Positions 26,030 to 39,961 of a stretch of DNA of 64,000 bases are shown piece after piece; position 1 is the first letter of the stretch, and each line of letters begins with the position of its first letter. The notes beneath the pieces were generated by a model. That model was not told the DNA's origin, did no database searches, and saw only the letters and a program-made list of their open reading frames with translations. A program made the position numbers and the translations under genes. Origin of the DNA: Callorhinchus milii (lineage: Eukaryota); the NCBI RefSeq assembly GCF_018977255.1, contig NW_024704743.1:26166001-26230000 (forward strand). Reading direction: 5' to 3'.

Positions 26030-26375
26030 GCCAGGATTTCTCCCCTGCTTTCCTGAAAACATTTCAATCCTTTGTCTTCCTGGGGAATGGTTTCATGAGT
26101 ACCAGCCAGCCAAGTGGCTGTTGTATGTGAATTCATATGTGAACGTTGACAAGATTCTAGGACTTTGGTGAAGGCATCACTGCCGAGGGCTACCCTATCT
26201 TCAGCCAATCCATACATGCGCATGGTCTCTAGATAGTAATGGGGAGCGGGAACACAGTTTATTTATTTCTATTGCAAGTTTTCTAAGGCCAATTGTATGT
26301 TCCTGACTAAAATTAGCTAACTGAGCACAAACTGGGATTTGAAATGCACAGGCTCTGGTTTGTATGGCTCAATGC
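26030..26375 (-). mobile_element. Ancient AmnSINE2-like element within the putative TPPP 3'UTR
   Basis: Reverse strand reads GAGCCATACAAACCAG...GTGCTCAGTTAGCTAAT...TACAATTGGCCTTAG...GTTCCCGCTCC...CCACTTGG...GCAGGGGAGAAATC, colinear with 35385-35745 and 55160-55430. The family name is recalled. Confidence 0.65.
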
Positions 26376-29300
26376 CTTTACCCACCGAAGAAGATGAGAA
26401 TTGACCAGTTTGTAACATCACTGCATGAAATAAAATAGTGAATCATGGGTGTATATAATACAAGGATTATTATTATATAATACTGTCTTAAGAAGCCTGA
26501 CTGTTCATTGTACTTCCAAACTATTGATGCCTTGTTCTGTAGGTTCAGAAATAAAATGCAAAATCCTGCCAATTTGTAGTTATTCTTCTCCCCGCCAATG
26601 ATTTGGTTATAGGTATAGTTTAAAACTAGAATAGGGTGGAATCCATAGAACAGTTGTCCTGAATTCTAATGGTGTTAAAAAAGATCTGACATAATGTGGA
26701 TCAGCACTCATCAAGATGATTCTCTCAGATGAAATAACCCGTATTACATCCATTGTGTGCATGATAGCTATGGACCTCATTCTCTGTTGTTACAATAATA
26801 GCCCTTCTCTCTCCCTCACTCACCTCCCCCACCCCCACCCTCCTCCAAATTAACACATTGAATCTGGCAAATACTGACCTTTGCATTTGACATACTGCCA
26901 TCATTCTATTCCACTTTAACTGAATTTGAGCAGATTCGCTCTCTCTCCTTGAGTGAGAGATACTTTACTTTGTTTTGTATCTTGGGGGCTATTTGAAAGA
27001 TTCCTTCTGCACACTTAGGAAGATTGTTTCCTAAAGGGCTACTACTGTTATAACTAATTAAAGCTTCATCTGAGCTACGCATACAATCTCTAACTTGTAA
27101 ATGAGGTACATAGTGGTGTAACATATGATGGTTTGGGTTAGTATTGTTTTTAAGAAGAGACCTGCAAAGAAAATGTGGCAATACAAGAGGTTCAATGTTT
27201 TCTACAACTTAAATGATCAATTACATCAGATCAGTTATTGTTCAACGCACAACCTTCTCGTAATTGAAGAGAAATGGGACAAAGCAATTTCAAGAGCTAG
27301 AATAGCTTGACTTTTTATAATGTGATCCAAAATATTCCCTGTTCCATCACAGAAAATGACAAAGGGACACACACTTTGTCCACCCTTTCCAAGATTGTGG
27401 TTTTCTAGCAGAAATCCTACACCGATTTGATCTTCATATGTTTAGAGCATCTGTTTAAAGATAAATTGAGACATTTACTGCTCAAAATGTACCAAACATT
27501 TGTTTTCATCGTTTTCATCTTTTATTGGGAAGGAGGGATGGTTTAAATTGTAATCTTGTCCACAACTACTGTTGTGGATAAAACTCAATCCTTTGGTAAA
27601 AGTGGTAATGTTATTTCTTGCCTCGGCAAGACAAACTGCTTGGTGATGTCAGCTTTTCTCTGCAGGAAATCGTCCCAAATGGCAATATCTCCAGGGTGAC
27701 AGGTCAGAGCTGAAGCCTTGCGGGTCACTGTGACATACAGAGTTTCCTTTCAGAAGATACAGATTAGGGCCAGCTTCCAGTAAGGATGCTGCTTTAATAA
27801 TTGCTCCAATATCTACAATAGGACCCAAACCGGTGGAGCAAGAGCAGGTTTATCCTATATCTGGAGCAGATGGAGTACTTTGCTTGAACTGAGGCAGGTA
27901 ATAGACAAATAGACGACTATGTGGGACGATTCTTACTATGCGATTCCTTTGCCAATGATTATCATTTCAATTCCCCCCAATACTACCAGAGAAGAATATT
28001 CAGAGCACAGAAGAAAAATGAAACAAAATAGAAAAATTATAGCTTTGTGGTATGTTGCCATATTGGAAAAGCCCAAACTGTAAATTTTACACGTGAGCTG
28101 TTAGGCCAGTCTACAAATTGTATCTTAATATTGTAAAATAACTGATCTAAGAAAGAATGTATACACATGATGTATTCATGTTGATTTCAAATTGTAATAT
28201 TGCACTGTAAAAGATTAATGTCAATGCTGGATTTAGCATAAAATAGTAGTAAGTTATGAATTGTAGCATATTCTAAAATGCATGATTACACTGCCTTGTC
28301 TTGTTAGCCTTTCACTCAAGACTGAATTTGTTCAGAAAGATCTAGACCATTTCCATTATAGTACTTTACAATAAGTTCATCTTATTTAATTTGCTAATTG
28401 CTGCTGCTTTTTTTTTCTCATTCAAATGTATGACTTTTCTGTCCTGTGGTTGAAGTTCCAAGATCTGACATTGCTGAATTTTGGCAGCTTTTGTAAGTCA
28501 ATTCAATGTCCACAACTAGTGAAGTCTATTCTACTGTACCAGATTCAAGCTGTAGTAGTAGTTGGGAACAAGCAATCCGGTTATGACTAAGGCTGTAGGA
28601 AAATCACTACCTTCTTACGCCTCAGTTAGGACTAATTTTCTTACAAAGTTTGATCTATAATTTTAAAAAATGGACAGATCCTAATGCATATCAACCATAT
28701 TCTAACTTAACCATCTATGAATGGACTCATTACTCCACTGAACTGGTTCTGGTCTGAAGTAGGTAGCCTCTAGTTTAATGTAAAAAGAGGCAAAAGTATT
28801 TTACCAATTAGTTATATTCACTAATGTTGCAATGTAATTCAAATGGGCTGAAGTCCAGAGGTTTAGAAATGTTAATCAGTGACTGAAGATTCATACATTT
28901 ATGATACTTGACTGGGAGCTTTGATTGTACCTCTTTTAGGGGATTTTATGTAGTACAGCAGATAAGGCAGGATCATGTTGTAATTACTAAACGTTATGCA
29001 AGAAATGGGGGTTAAATAACATTCTATGTTGTGCCAAAATAACAACCAATGTTTATCGTTTAAAAAACATTGCTCTGTCATTATCATGAGTGTATCTTGT
29101 ATTTACAACACCTCTGCTTCCCCTTAGTTTTACGGCAGTAGACATTTTCAATGTCACTTAGAACAAACTAGACAGTTTGCTAAGCAATGTAAACTCTCTT
29201 TGCATCACTAATAAATGGAGTATCCAATGGCATTTTACCAGATGGTATTGCTCGAGCTTATGGTCAGTGATCCAGTATGTTGTGTAAAGTATAGTTTCTC

Positions 29301-30549
29301 ATTCAGTTCAGTGTGCAGTTTGCATGTCTATCTTTTAATTCCTCAGATCACTTCAACTTCCCCTGAGTGAATTCAGTTACAAATCTCATGCAGTCATTCT
29401 GACCACAGATGAACAGATTCAGTAAATAGAGAGATAAAACACCATTCATTTGGGCAAAATACTCCAATAATGTTATTTGCTGCATACTTTGGGTTGATTC
29501 TCCTCTTGTAGAGCTCAAACCTGTGTTTGTTGGATGTCAAGTAACCAACTAGTGACTATCCTCCTTTGAGGGGAGGTGACACATTAGTAGAACTTGGAGC
29601 GGCAGACCAGTCATGGGAGCAGGGATTCTTCTCAGTCAGCTCCTGTTATTCCTGCAAGCTGGAGCTCAAATGAGTTGGATGGTCCTAGCCGGACAAGCCG
29701 CGGGAAACTTGCCAACCAACATTTTAAAAGATAAGCTAAGCCAATATGTATTCCACAAGCTTGGTGAATCCGCTGACCAGCGGAGAATCTCATCTGCTGC
29801 CAAAATTAGTGACTTTACTGACCAGTTCAAAATGCCCCCTGTTATTGATTATACTCTGGTTTGGCCTCTTGCCTGGAGAACTTCTGTTAACACAATCGAT
29901 GAAAACCTAAGGCTCGAGTCAGAACAGATTTGTGTTTATTTCTGTTCTAATGTTGTGTGTCACTGACCAAGGGAGTAAAAGCTACAGGGTCACTTGCTTT
30001 TATTCACTGTTCTCTGCCTTCATTTTATTTTTTAACCCTGCCCCCACTGAGACCGTGACAACAGCAATGTTGGCAGAATAATGGTTGGAAAAGTTTTATA
30101 CTGGATTGTGCTGAACAGCAGTTTTATTCGTACCAACTGCACTGTTAACTATCTACTGGTAATTCACTCTCTGGTTATAAAAAGTCAAGTTTGCATCAAA
30201 ATGCAGCTCTTATGAGGCCTGTTCAGATAACATAGAAATTTATGATCCATCTCTCTCCAGATAGTAATGTTTATCGATTGCTACCATAGTGCTAAGTGTA
30301 TCTTAAAATGACCTAGATTACCAGGTGTGGGGAAAATATGGATTAAGTGCTAGAGTTCAAATGTGTAAAATAATGATCCTAACATCCCACTGAAGTACTA
30401 GTGCCTTCTCAACTATTTGTAATCTGGTTAACAATCACTGAGGCAAACCATTTGCTTTGAAGTTGGAATTGCAGTGGTGGTATTGTATATTCATTCCGTC
30501 CTTTAGCTGTTGGTAACTGAAAATGTATAGGTGCTGAATTACCTTGTCC

Positions 30550-30555
30550 AATAAA
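30550..30555 (+). promoter_or_regulatory. Candidate distal polyadenylation signal of TPPP
   Basis: AATAAA with downstream TGTGTTGTATATATCTTT element at the edge of the repeat-poor block. Confidence 0.5.
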
Positions 30556-30685
30556 AATCAATTGAAGCCTTAAGAGAATGTGTTGTATATATCTTTACTC
30601 AAATTATTGAAATTCTACTCTGTGAAATTAGTGGATATCATTACATAATACATGTAATATTACATAATATATGTAATATATTATT

Positions 30686-30968
30686 TCAGGCAGGGTGAAA
30701 TGTTGGGCAAGTTTCCTTACTTCACACACCTGTTTAACCTAGCAGTAAGTAGGAACTTAGTTGATTGGCGGATCGCCTTTCTGGGGGTAATAATTCCTTC
30801 AAAAAGTAATAATAAATGGGTCACTTCAATCCACGATGGTTTGTGGGACACTGCTGTCATGTTTCGCCCACAAAATATAGTCAATTCACTTTACAGTATA
30901 TTCTGTGAAGTGCTTTGAGATGTCTTGAAGATGTGATAAGGCGCTGTATCAAATGCAAAGATTATTAT
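30686..30968 (+). mobile_element. tRNA-Deu SINE, 5'-truncated
   Basis: GGGCAAGTTTCCTTAC...CCTAGCAGTAAGTAGG...ATCAAATGCAAAGATTATT. Confidence 0.85.
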
Positions 30969-32799
30969 AACCCTTGTGTGGATCAACATCTCAAAGCACT
31001 TCAGTTTCCAAAAAAAGTAGTGTAGTGATTGTATTCATAGGGGAATGTGCCAGCCAATTTGCATAATGTCACACACACTGGGAGAAACTCCTTTTCTCAA
31101 ATTGTACCGTGGGATGTTTCATGTCTCCCTGCCCAGCCAGGCAGGACATTGGTTCAACATCTCATTCCAATGGACTGCATCTCCCTCCAACAACTCAGGG
31201 TTTCTCCAGCATTGCATTTGAAGTGTCAACCTGGACTATGAGCTCAATATTAATAATAATAATAATAAAAATGATAATAATCCCTCAAGAAAAAATAACT
31301 TGATCACTTGGTAATTTGTGGGACACTGCTGTGTGCAATTGGCTGCCTTTTTTCGCCCACAAAATATACAGTCAATTCACTTTAGTTTATTCTGTGAAGC
31401 GCTTTGAGATGTTTATAAGATGTGAAAAGCGCTATATCAAATGCAACGATTATTATTATTATAATGTCCTGATGTGGGGCCACAATGTTTCTGACAAGAC
31501 AAGAGTGCTACCTGCCTGACCATTAATTTAATTAAGTAAATAATAAGGTGGAAAATTTAAAACCAACAAATTACCTTGCCACAAACCACTGGGCCAAGTT
31601 GCTGCAGGTGAATTCTTCAATACCAACAGGTTAAAGTGGTACAAAATGTATTTAATGGGAAAGTGAAAGTGCTGAGGGAACATTACAGCATTCATGTTTA
31701 TCTATCGCTATTTATGATGAACACTGTTTTTTTTGGAATAGAGGACCCAGATATAAATCAGCTTTTGATTCCCTAGAATTCACAAACATTATAACCGTTT
31801 CTAATTGAAAATTGCATTTTCAGGGCGTGAGGCCAAGTGAGAGCTTGGAGTTTTTCCAAATGAGAAGAGAAAATGCAAGGTCCAATTACTGTGCCCTGCT
31901 ATCCCAGCAGCTGTCTATACATTATTATAGCTTAGGAGCAAGTCTCCAGCTTTTGTTATCAGCAGAGTTAACAAAAGTTTAACATGATACAGAACAGGGA
32001 TTTAAAGAACAAATGAAAAGAAACAAGTTCTAAAATTATTTTTTCTAACAAAATACCTATAGATTGTGGGATAAAATAGGAAGTTTGATAACAAACTCAC
32101 ACCTAATTGAATTGTATTTTAGGGTGAGTCTAAGATGTTGTGGTTACGATTTGCTGCTTATTGTACTCCCAATAATATTTCATCTCTGCTGTCAAATGTC
32201 AACTGGAGCCAAAAGCAATCCTAGAAATGCAAGCTCTTTTTTTTGCCATGGTTTACGTTTTGTTCTGTTTGGACTAGAGAAAAAATGATTAAACAGGATG
32301 TGGTACGAAGGTTTCCAAGCCCGCTGGATTTACCATCCATTTGTAGAAATCTAGGTACAACTGTACTTCATGTATGTATGAATTGGGTATTTGTAAAGTA
32401 CTGATTATTTTCTAGCACTTACACAAAACTTTAATTTTCAAGTAAAGTCTTAACTTGAAACTAATTTCTACCACAAGCCGTTGTTGAATACAATTTTAAT
32501 AGTTTATTAGTACTCTTTTTTTAATGGTCTCACATTTTGTAATCTTATCTTCAATTGCCAGTTGATTGAACGACATAATTTGTGCCCTGGTTGCTTTTAA
32601 AAGGGGAAGAAATGGTAAAGGAAATAAGGGCTGCAAAGTGTCACCAAAACAAAGCTGTGTGCAGATCTGAGATGAATATGATTAGTTGTACTGACATTTT
32701 GAATCACTGGTTCACAGTGCAGGACTTTCCCTGAACTGGCAGCAAAGCAAAATGACTGACTAATTCCGAAAATAAAGTGTCAGTTAACCAGATAAATAC

Positions 32800-35700
32800 C
32801 ACTGCTAAGTAAGCTTTAAGCAAACATTTAATTAAAAAGTACAAATTACACCAAAAGGCAATAGTTACACAAAATACACAGAAGTTTTACAAAAATCAAT
32901 AAATAGTCCTAAAGGTATAAATATTATTGTGATCAAGATCAGTCTATCATTATATAGACCACCATTCACTCTCCCCCATCTTCAGGACGATGGTTGGGTC
33001 TGAAGCAGCCACTGGCCCACATTTCATTCAGCCCGAGTTCACGGTACCAGCTTTAACTCCGTTTTATTGCAATTATCAACTGGCTCAAAGACAATTTTCG
33101 ATGATGTAAGAGTAATTGACTGGCTCACTCAATTTCACCAGTCATAATTATCACATCACCAAAATATCATTGGAGTCGTATTTAGGCTAAGGCACTTCTT
33201 GTATGAGGGTGGATACACTTTTTTGTGTTCAAATGATATTTTCAATTTTAAAAATATCACTACATAAAGATGACCATGAAGTTGTTTTAAGCAGCGCTAC
33301 TATGGAAGCTGACTGATCGATGCCTGTTCCAAATTCACTTTCCCGAAGATCGATGTGGAAGGGTAGAGTGTGGTTCCACAGGTTTTAGCCACCTTTCAAT
33401 ACCTCACTTTAAGAGCCTATTCTTTATGTGAGTCTAAACAGTGCAGCTGTTTTGACTACACAGGAGTGACGCATCGCAAATTTACATTGCAATTGACACA
33501 CATCTGCTTTGCAAGGATGTTGAAATTCAAACTTCTGAAAATACTGCCACTTCTTGGAAATCTGACTTCACGGGCACAGGTAGAGGCTGAGCAGGGGGAG
33601 TTGTTGAGTGCTATGAGATTAGTGCTCAAGTTTGAGGATGTGAGCAGAGGGAAATGAGAGACAAATCATCTTGAAGCTTATATCAGACTGCTGGTAATCG
33701 GAGAAATTGTGGTAGATAGCAGGGAATACATAGTGAAAAGAAAATGAATAGAGAGAAGCCTAAAAAGCATTGCTACAATTTAGCAGTAGGATGTTTTGCA
33801 TTGGGACGTATGAACAACTTGGGAGGAAAGATAAGTCTGTTACGTTTAAACATCCCTGAATGTAAAGTTCCACTCATAGATTGTAACTGCATTAATCCAT
33901 AGACCAGTCGCAAACTTGTCTTTCTGTTATGGGAACAGGCTATTATAACAGTCAAGGTACATTTATATATCTTAATGGTCAAACATCCAGTCAGGGAAGT
34001 TTCATCCAAACCTAGAAAGAGTTAATCTCCTAATTGTGATTCAACATGTTAAAGCTGCTTAAAGAGGCTTTTAAAGTACAATTTCCTTGAAACTGGAATT
34101 TGCATTGTACAGAACTCGCACATTATTTTCATAATATTAAAAAACATTGCATAGACTGCAGACACAGCTTTGATAACAAGTGCTAGATCAACACCACCAC
34201 ATTATCATAAATCAATGTATAATCAAAACAGTACTTAGCCAGGTGGAAACTTGTTGAAAATGTGGCGTATAATTTTTCATATAGTGTATAAAGTTGCATA
34301 TAATCCTAGACTAGATGCACATAAGTTGCACAGCACCTGCTTAACAACAATGACTCAAGATTTGGCAGGGCCTCCGGGCTCCTTGAAGGTTTTTCTGTGG
34401 GAGATATCACACCTAAGCCAATATGAGTGATTCATTTTCAATAAGTTTCAGTTCCTGTCCTTCATTTATGCAACACGAGAATAAGTTTGAAACAGCACTG
34501 AAAATGGAATATAATCTTGTTCATTCTAAGTGATCATGAAGCAGTTTGCATTTCAAAGCACTCTAAAGACAGAGGTGGTTAGACTCAAAGCGAATCTTTT
34601 CACCTGTCAGCTTTTCACTCACTGCCCCATGTACTGCATTTCAAATGAAAGTTAAGTTGCACTTGTTAGCTTGGGAAGCAGTCTCGGGAAACTTCGGGAA
34701 ATCTTTTTTTGAACGTGGTACTTGTGTGCATCAGAATCCCAATACATTTATGTTACGAAGGCAGACCTGCACATGCTTGTGATCCTGGGAAACAGTGCAA
34801 CAGTGCTCGGCATGAGGGAATAGTAAACGTGCAGGCCATCTGGTCAACACAATCTCAGGCTAGAAACGAGAATGCGTTGCATCCTGCAATATAAATGGAT
34901 CATAACATAGCTTTGTTTTTACTCAAGGAATTGCAACATAGCACCAAGTTACACAAACTTGAAGAGGAGAGGAGTGAGAGATTGGCAGCTAGATTGTTCC
35001 TATCACTCAGTTTGCTCAATGCTGAACAAGTTGTTAGTGACAAGTGAACCAGAGGTCTGTGACATTCACTTCTAGCCTCATTTCTGGACTGGTTGAGCAA
35101 TACTAAGGTCCACTGAAATGGATAAATCTCGACTTAAAAATAACACATTCTTAAATGATATTGTAGCAGTTCAATTCTTTGCAGTCATTTTCTTAAAGGA
35201 GAAAAATAATTGGGGGAAATCCCTTTCATATTAAACACTCCCCTATATTCAGTACTCGCCATATTCCATACTTCTCACGTATGGCTCTCATGTATTTTCC
35301 TCGTGCTACCTATTCCTTAACCGAGATTACCTCTCTCAAGCCACAACTAACGTTCAACAATAACACCACCAAATTCAAGTCTCAACACAGCCAAGTTGTA
35401 CAGATCAAGAAGGAACACACCTTGGTCTTAGTTAGTTGATCTAAGTCAGGGCTGCACTATGACCACAATTATCAGTCTCAGTGCCCCGAGGAAGGGAATA
35501 TCAATCAGGGCACTCGTACCTGATTGTTACTCAGTGACGTCTGGAAGGTTGTGTGTTGCCACTGGAAGGTCAGGATCAGCCTCAGTTGCAAAGCCCGCAT
35601 GGTTGAACAGCATGCCAACACACACTTCCATAGTTCACACCAATAATAGCTGCTTCAATACAGTTCAGGAGAGTGAGTGGCACCTGTGGCATCACACTCC

Positions 35701-37049
35701 AGCAGCAGACACAGAAAGGGAGAAAATTGGTGAAGAAAAAAAGTGGTCCCATCTAACCAGTTTTGAAGAGTGTTATATATAATCCTTGTCCAATAAAATA
35801 TCCACCGTGCTCATCCGTGGAATTGGTGAAGTTCTATATGGAATGACTCCCTACGGAGAAGGAATAATCAGAATGCTGGCTGAATATCCATGTGGCTTAA
35901 AACCATAACAAAAATGCTAAAGGGATAAGAATTGTCACACGTAATGTGCTAATTATCAAATTACCTATCAATAATGGCCACAGGTTATTTAGCCACCCCC
36001 ACCCCGTCTAAATTCTTTGATTTGCAAAAGGGTTTGTGAGTAGCAAATCCGAGTGTGTCGTGGATTAGTTGCTGCACCTCTACATAGATGTTGACTTCAC
36101 AGAAATATGCACAGAGATCGACATCTGAGCGGAGTTAGGTCAACCATGGGAAATCTGGCAAGTTGCATTTTTGTACAGATCTCTTGACCTATATAGCTCT
36201 ATTCAACAATCAGCCCTGTAGTTGTTCCTCTTCCTGTGGAGGAGTGCTAGTCTTTACTTTGCAAATTCCTTCAGTTTAATGATTGAATTTTGCTCATTGT
36301 GGAAATAGCAACCCCCCCCCCACCACCCCCCACGCTGGAACATTCCTGAGCGCTGTCCTCAGGCAAGGTTAAACACACTACTTTTTGAGAGTGAAACATG
36401 CCCATGTCATGAGGTGAAGAATACAGCTTCTGTACAATAGCCGACAATAGAAACAGATTTCCAAATTTGAATTGATTCTTATACATCTACTGAAAAATTC
36501 AATAGCATTGTTATAGGCTTATCATTCGCTTAAGCAGCATAAACACAAATTGTTGTGGGATAGACAGTGATAAACTGTTTGAGGAAGGGATAGCGAGGAA
36601 ATGTTTAGTGCTTGTGTACTTCAGACCCATAGATTGACTTTGAACATATATAGACAGAAGCTATGTTAAAGAAATCAAACTTTGTTACAGGCTTCTTTTG
36701 GCAAACATACTGACAAAATTACTCATTTTAAAACTTCAGGATCCAGTGCATTCGAGAAACTAACTCCAATGACAATAATGGAATAATAATAATAATAATC
36801 CAACAATGGAAGAAAAATATTATAAAATTACATTTTAGTCTCTTGGAACTTTTCCAATTACAAAATATTAGACTGTCAAATCTCATCTCTAGAAACAGGG
36901 TGCAAAACTGCATTGATTTGGCACATCGGAAGGTAAGTGCTTTCAGTGAAACAGGTGGTGTTATCCAGAATTAGCTTTGTTTCCTCTTCTGCCATTTCAC
37001 AGATGTGCTCTTTTTCAGTGGCTCCAATCTCAGATCTGTATGTAGTTTC
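32800..37049 (-). other. CEP72: Possible CEP72 3'UTR (end uncertain)
   Basis: Repeat-poor stretch below the stop. Minus-strand poly(A) signal candidates: AATAAA at 33063-33068 and 32503-32508, ATTAAA at 32827-32832. Confidence 0.35.
35385..35745 (+). mobile_element. Ancient AmnSINE2-like element within the putative CEP72 3'UTR
   Basis: AGTTAGTTGATCTAAG...ACAATTATCAGTCTCAGTGCCCC...CCTGATTGTTA...CTGGAAG...GGGAGAAAATTGG, colinear with the two other local copies. Confidence 0.65.
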
Positions 37050-37218
37050 TCATGTCTCTGTGTGATGCTGATCTAAGCCGGATGAGGCTGTGGGGGAGAC
37101 CTGTATGGATTTTTTTAGCTGAATGTAGCTCCAATGCAGCTGGTCTACTTCAGCTTTGTGTCGGGATCGTGTTTCATTCAGTTCTCTCAGCAAGTGCTCA
37201 TTTGTGGATACAAGCGTC
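37050..37218 (-). CDS. CEP72: CEP72 last coding exon (TLVSTNEHLLRELNETRSRHKAEVDQLHWSYIQLKKS...HHTET*)
   Basis: Matches the CEP72 C-terminus LVSTNEHLLQEL...HRAEVEQMHWSYQELKK. Acceptor ctaattccag|G (phase 2), TGA stop at 37052-37050. Confidence 0.95.
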
Positions 37219-38767
37219 CTGGAATTAGACAGCAATTTGGTCATATAATCATGTTTTTAAAAATAAATGCATTGGTAATCAACATCTCTCAGAAACCGCA
37301 AAACAGATTTCTCAGTAATTATATCAAGGAAAGCACTGTCTTAACAAACATTCTCCAATAGTTATCTACTTTTTTTAAAAAAAGATATAAGTGCCAGGAT
37401 AGTTGTACTGTTCCTCCATACATTTCTGTGTTAAATTTAAGTCTCAAAAATACCTGTTATTGTACGGTTGGCCTAGGAACATGAAAACAGAGAACTTGCA
37501 GGATACTAGCCCACACTACCATGTGTGGTGTGATTGTGTGATACTGTATTATTATGCCAGGTTGCTTGGAGACAGCAAACAATATGTTTTTTTTATAATA
37601 CAATCAAATCCACATCACTGCATTCCTGTTATCAGTACATTCCTGTAATAAAAATGCCTGCTAAATTCACATTGGCCCCTTATATTGCATGTACTGTTGT
37701 ATTTAATCCTATATACAAGAATGGATACATGCGCTGTGAAGATTCTGACATATTGCTTCAAACGATTTCACTGGACATTTAACATAACTTGCACCTTCAT
37801 CCTTAAATCTGTGGTTGGTAATAGTTATTTAAATTGGCCACTACCAGGCATAATGTATGTTTCTCAGCATCTGGGATTAAAGGAAATATGTACAATATCT
37901 GTGTTTTTGTCTACTATGACTGCAGATTAGTACTGTACTGTAAACTGGATAATACAGTCCACAATTATGATCTGTGGCTTTGTTTTTTTGCCCCTTTTCC
38001 TCGTGCTACCTATTCCTTAACTGAGAAGATGACCTCTCGCAAGCCACAACTAACATTCAACCATAACAACACCAAATTGCATTTGTATAGCACTTTTCAC
38101 AGCAGGAGGACGTCCCAAGGCGCTATAAATAGCTGCTGGAACAATACTCTTACATTTTAAATCTCATGGACTTTGACTTTAGATTGAAATAATTGCTAAA
38201 GCTTCAAAAAATTACACTGTAAGGAATGTGTTTCAAATTACTTTAAGCATATATATTGTATTGGACTAAGGCATTACTGTGGTGTACTCAATTAACATGG
38301 TTATGTAATTTACCTGCATTATATGGTTCTTTTCTTAGCTCTGAACATTGAGTAAAGTTCTTTATCACTTTATTTCTGTCTAGATAAGGCATGGTTAACT
38401 ATTCAAAAAACTTAGCAAGTTGTTGAAAGAGTAACGAGGGGAGGAGTTTTATTGTATTCCCCTGACAACTCATGTTTACCTAGAGTTTATAGCTGTTACT
38501 ATAACAATCAATTATTTGTAGACTGCTGACACTCTCCCTTATGGTGGAAAGAGAGGAATCTGAAACCTGAAATACTGGGCAGGCAAGAGGTTGGAAGGAC
38601 ATCTGCAGTAGCTGGGAATTTAGCACTAGAATTCTGCATTTACTGTAGAAAGTCTATCGACCAAAGACAGGAATATGCATTGCTGCTTTCTAAAGACCAA
38701 AAGGTATTTTAATGGATTAGAAATACATTATTTATTACTCAAATTATGTATTACACTCAAATTATTT

Positions 38768-39570
38768 ATTGGTTCAGATCATACCTCTCACACCACCTCC
38801 ACTTCATCTCCACAAACTGCTTCTCCTCTAGCCCCGCAACGTCTCGTGCAGTGTTCCTCAGAGCTCTAGCCTTGGTCCCCTCCTCTTCAATACCTCTATG
38901 CTCCCTCTTGGTAACATGGTCTGCAGACATGGGGTCAACTTCCATATGTATGCGGATGACACCCAACTGTACCTCTCTGCCTCCACCCTTGACTCCAGGA
39001 CCACTGCTGTCCTGACAGAATGTCCGTCAGACATCAAGTCCTGGATGAGAGCCAACTTTCTTCAGTTGCACGTCAACAAGACCGAGGCTCTCCAGATTGG
39101 TTCCCATCAGCACCTCCACACCTCAGGCGCTGACACCATCACCATCCATGGTTGCACACTTCACCTTGCTAAGCCAGTCCGGAACCTTGGGGTCTTGGTT
39201 GACCCTCAACTATCCTTTCTATCCCACATCTATGCCATGACCTGCTCTGCCTTCCCCCACCTCCGCAACATCGCGCGGCTCTGCCACTGTCTCACACCGC
39301 AGGCTGCCGAAACCCTTATGCCTGCCTTCATTACATCGAGGCTTGACGATGCAAACTCTTTGCTTCTTGGCCTCCCCAACTCCTCCCTCCATAGGCTGCA
39401 GATCATCCAGAACTTGTAGCCGGTGTCCTCTCCCGCACCAGGCTTCTTGATCCTATCCCCATCCTTGCCCAACTCCACTGGCTTCCCATCACACAGAGGA
39501 TACAGTTTAAGATCCTGGTCCTCACCCTCAAAGTCCTCCATGGTCTTGCTCCCCTCTACCTCTGCGAACT
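38768..39570 (+). mobile_element. L2-clade LINE RT fragment (CEP72 last intron)
   Basis: 173-aa ORF with [15 protein letters not shown]...[10 protein letters not shown]...[10 protein letters not shown]. Confidence 0.93.
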
Positions 39571-39961
39571 CTACACTAATCAGATCATCTAGATAATTCA
39601 ATTCCTCTATTTTAAGAAATTCCCTGTGGAGCTGCTAGTCATTTCTTTCATTAAGAAATCAAGTTGACACATTACGAATGGATTTAAATTTCAGCAATTT
39701 AATGTGGGTCAGACCAATTAGGAATCGTAAAACAACCACCACCACCCAGTCTCTGCCAATTATTTGCTGATCATTGCATTTTAAAACAATGACTAATGTG
39801 TGTTTGAACACTTCTAAAATAAGTGCCAGGAGGGAGTGGTAAGCATTATGTGAGATACTCCAGGCTTGTTAACTGAATTACAGGAACCAAGGTCTCTCCA
39901 GAACTTTGACACAGGATCACTTGTCTCTTTTTTAAACTGATTGGATTAACTAATGGACTAA

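Larger units (their letters stand above)
24778..30575 (+). other. TPPP: Probable long TPPP 3'UTR
   Basis: ~5.8 kb with no recognisable young LINE/SINE copy, ending at AATAAA 30550-30555 followed by a GT/T-rich tract (~30579-30596). Young SINEs resume at ~30686. The end point is inferred. Confidence 0.55.

Noticed and set aside
26019..29212. Five ACTAAT (QKI-type) motifs in the putative TPPP 3'UTR
   Set aside because: About this number is expected by chance in 5.8 kb of AT-rich sequence.
30639..30680. Tandem AT-rich hairpin (ATTACATAATA(C/T)ATGTAAT x2) at the TPPP/CEP72 boundary
   Set aside because: A low-complexity local duplication next to a truncated SINE, with no evidence of function.
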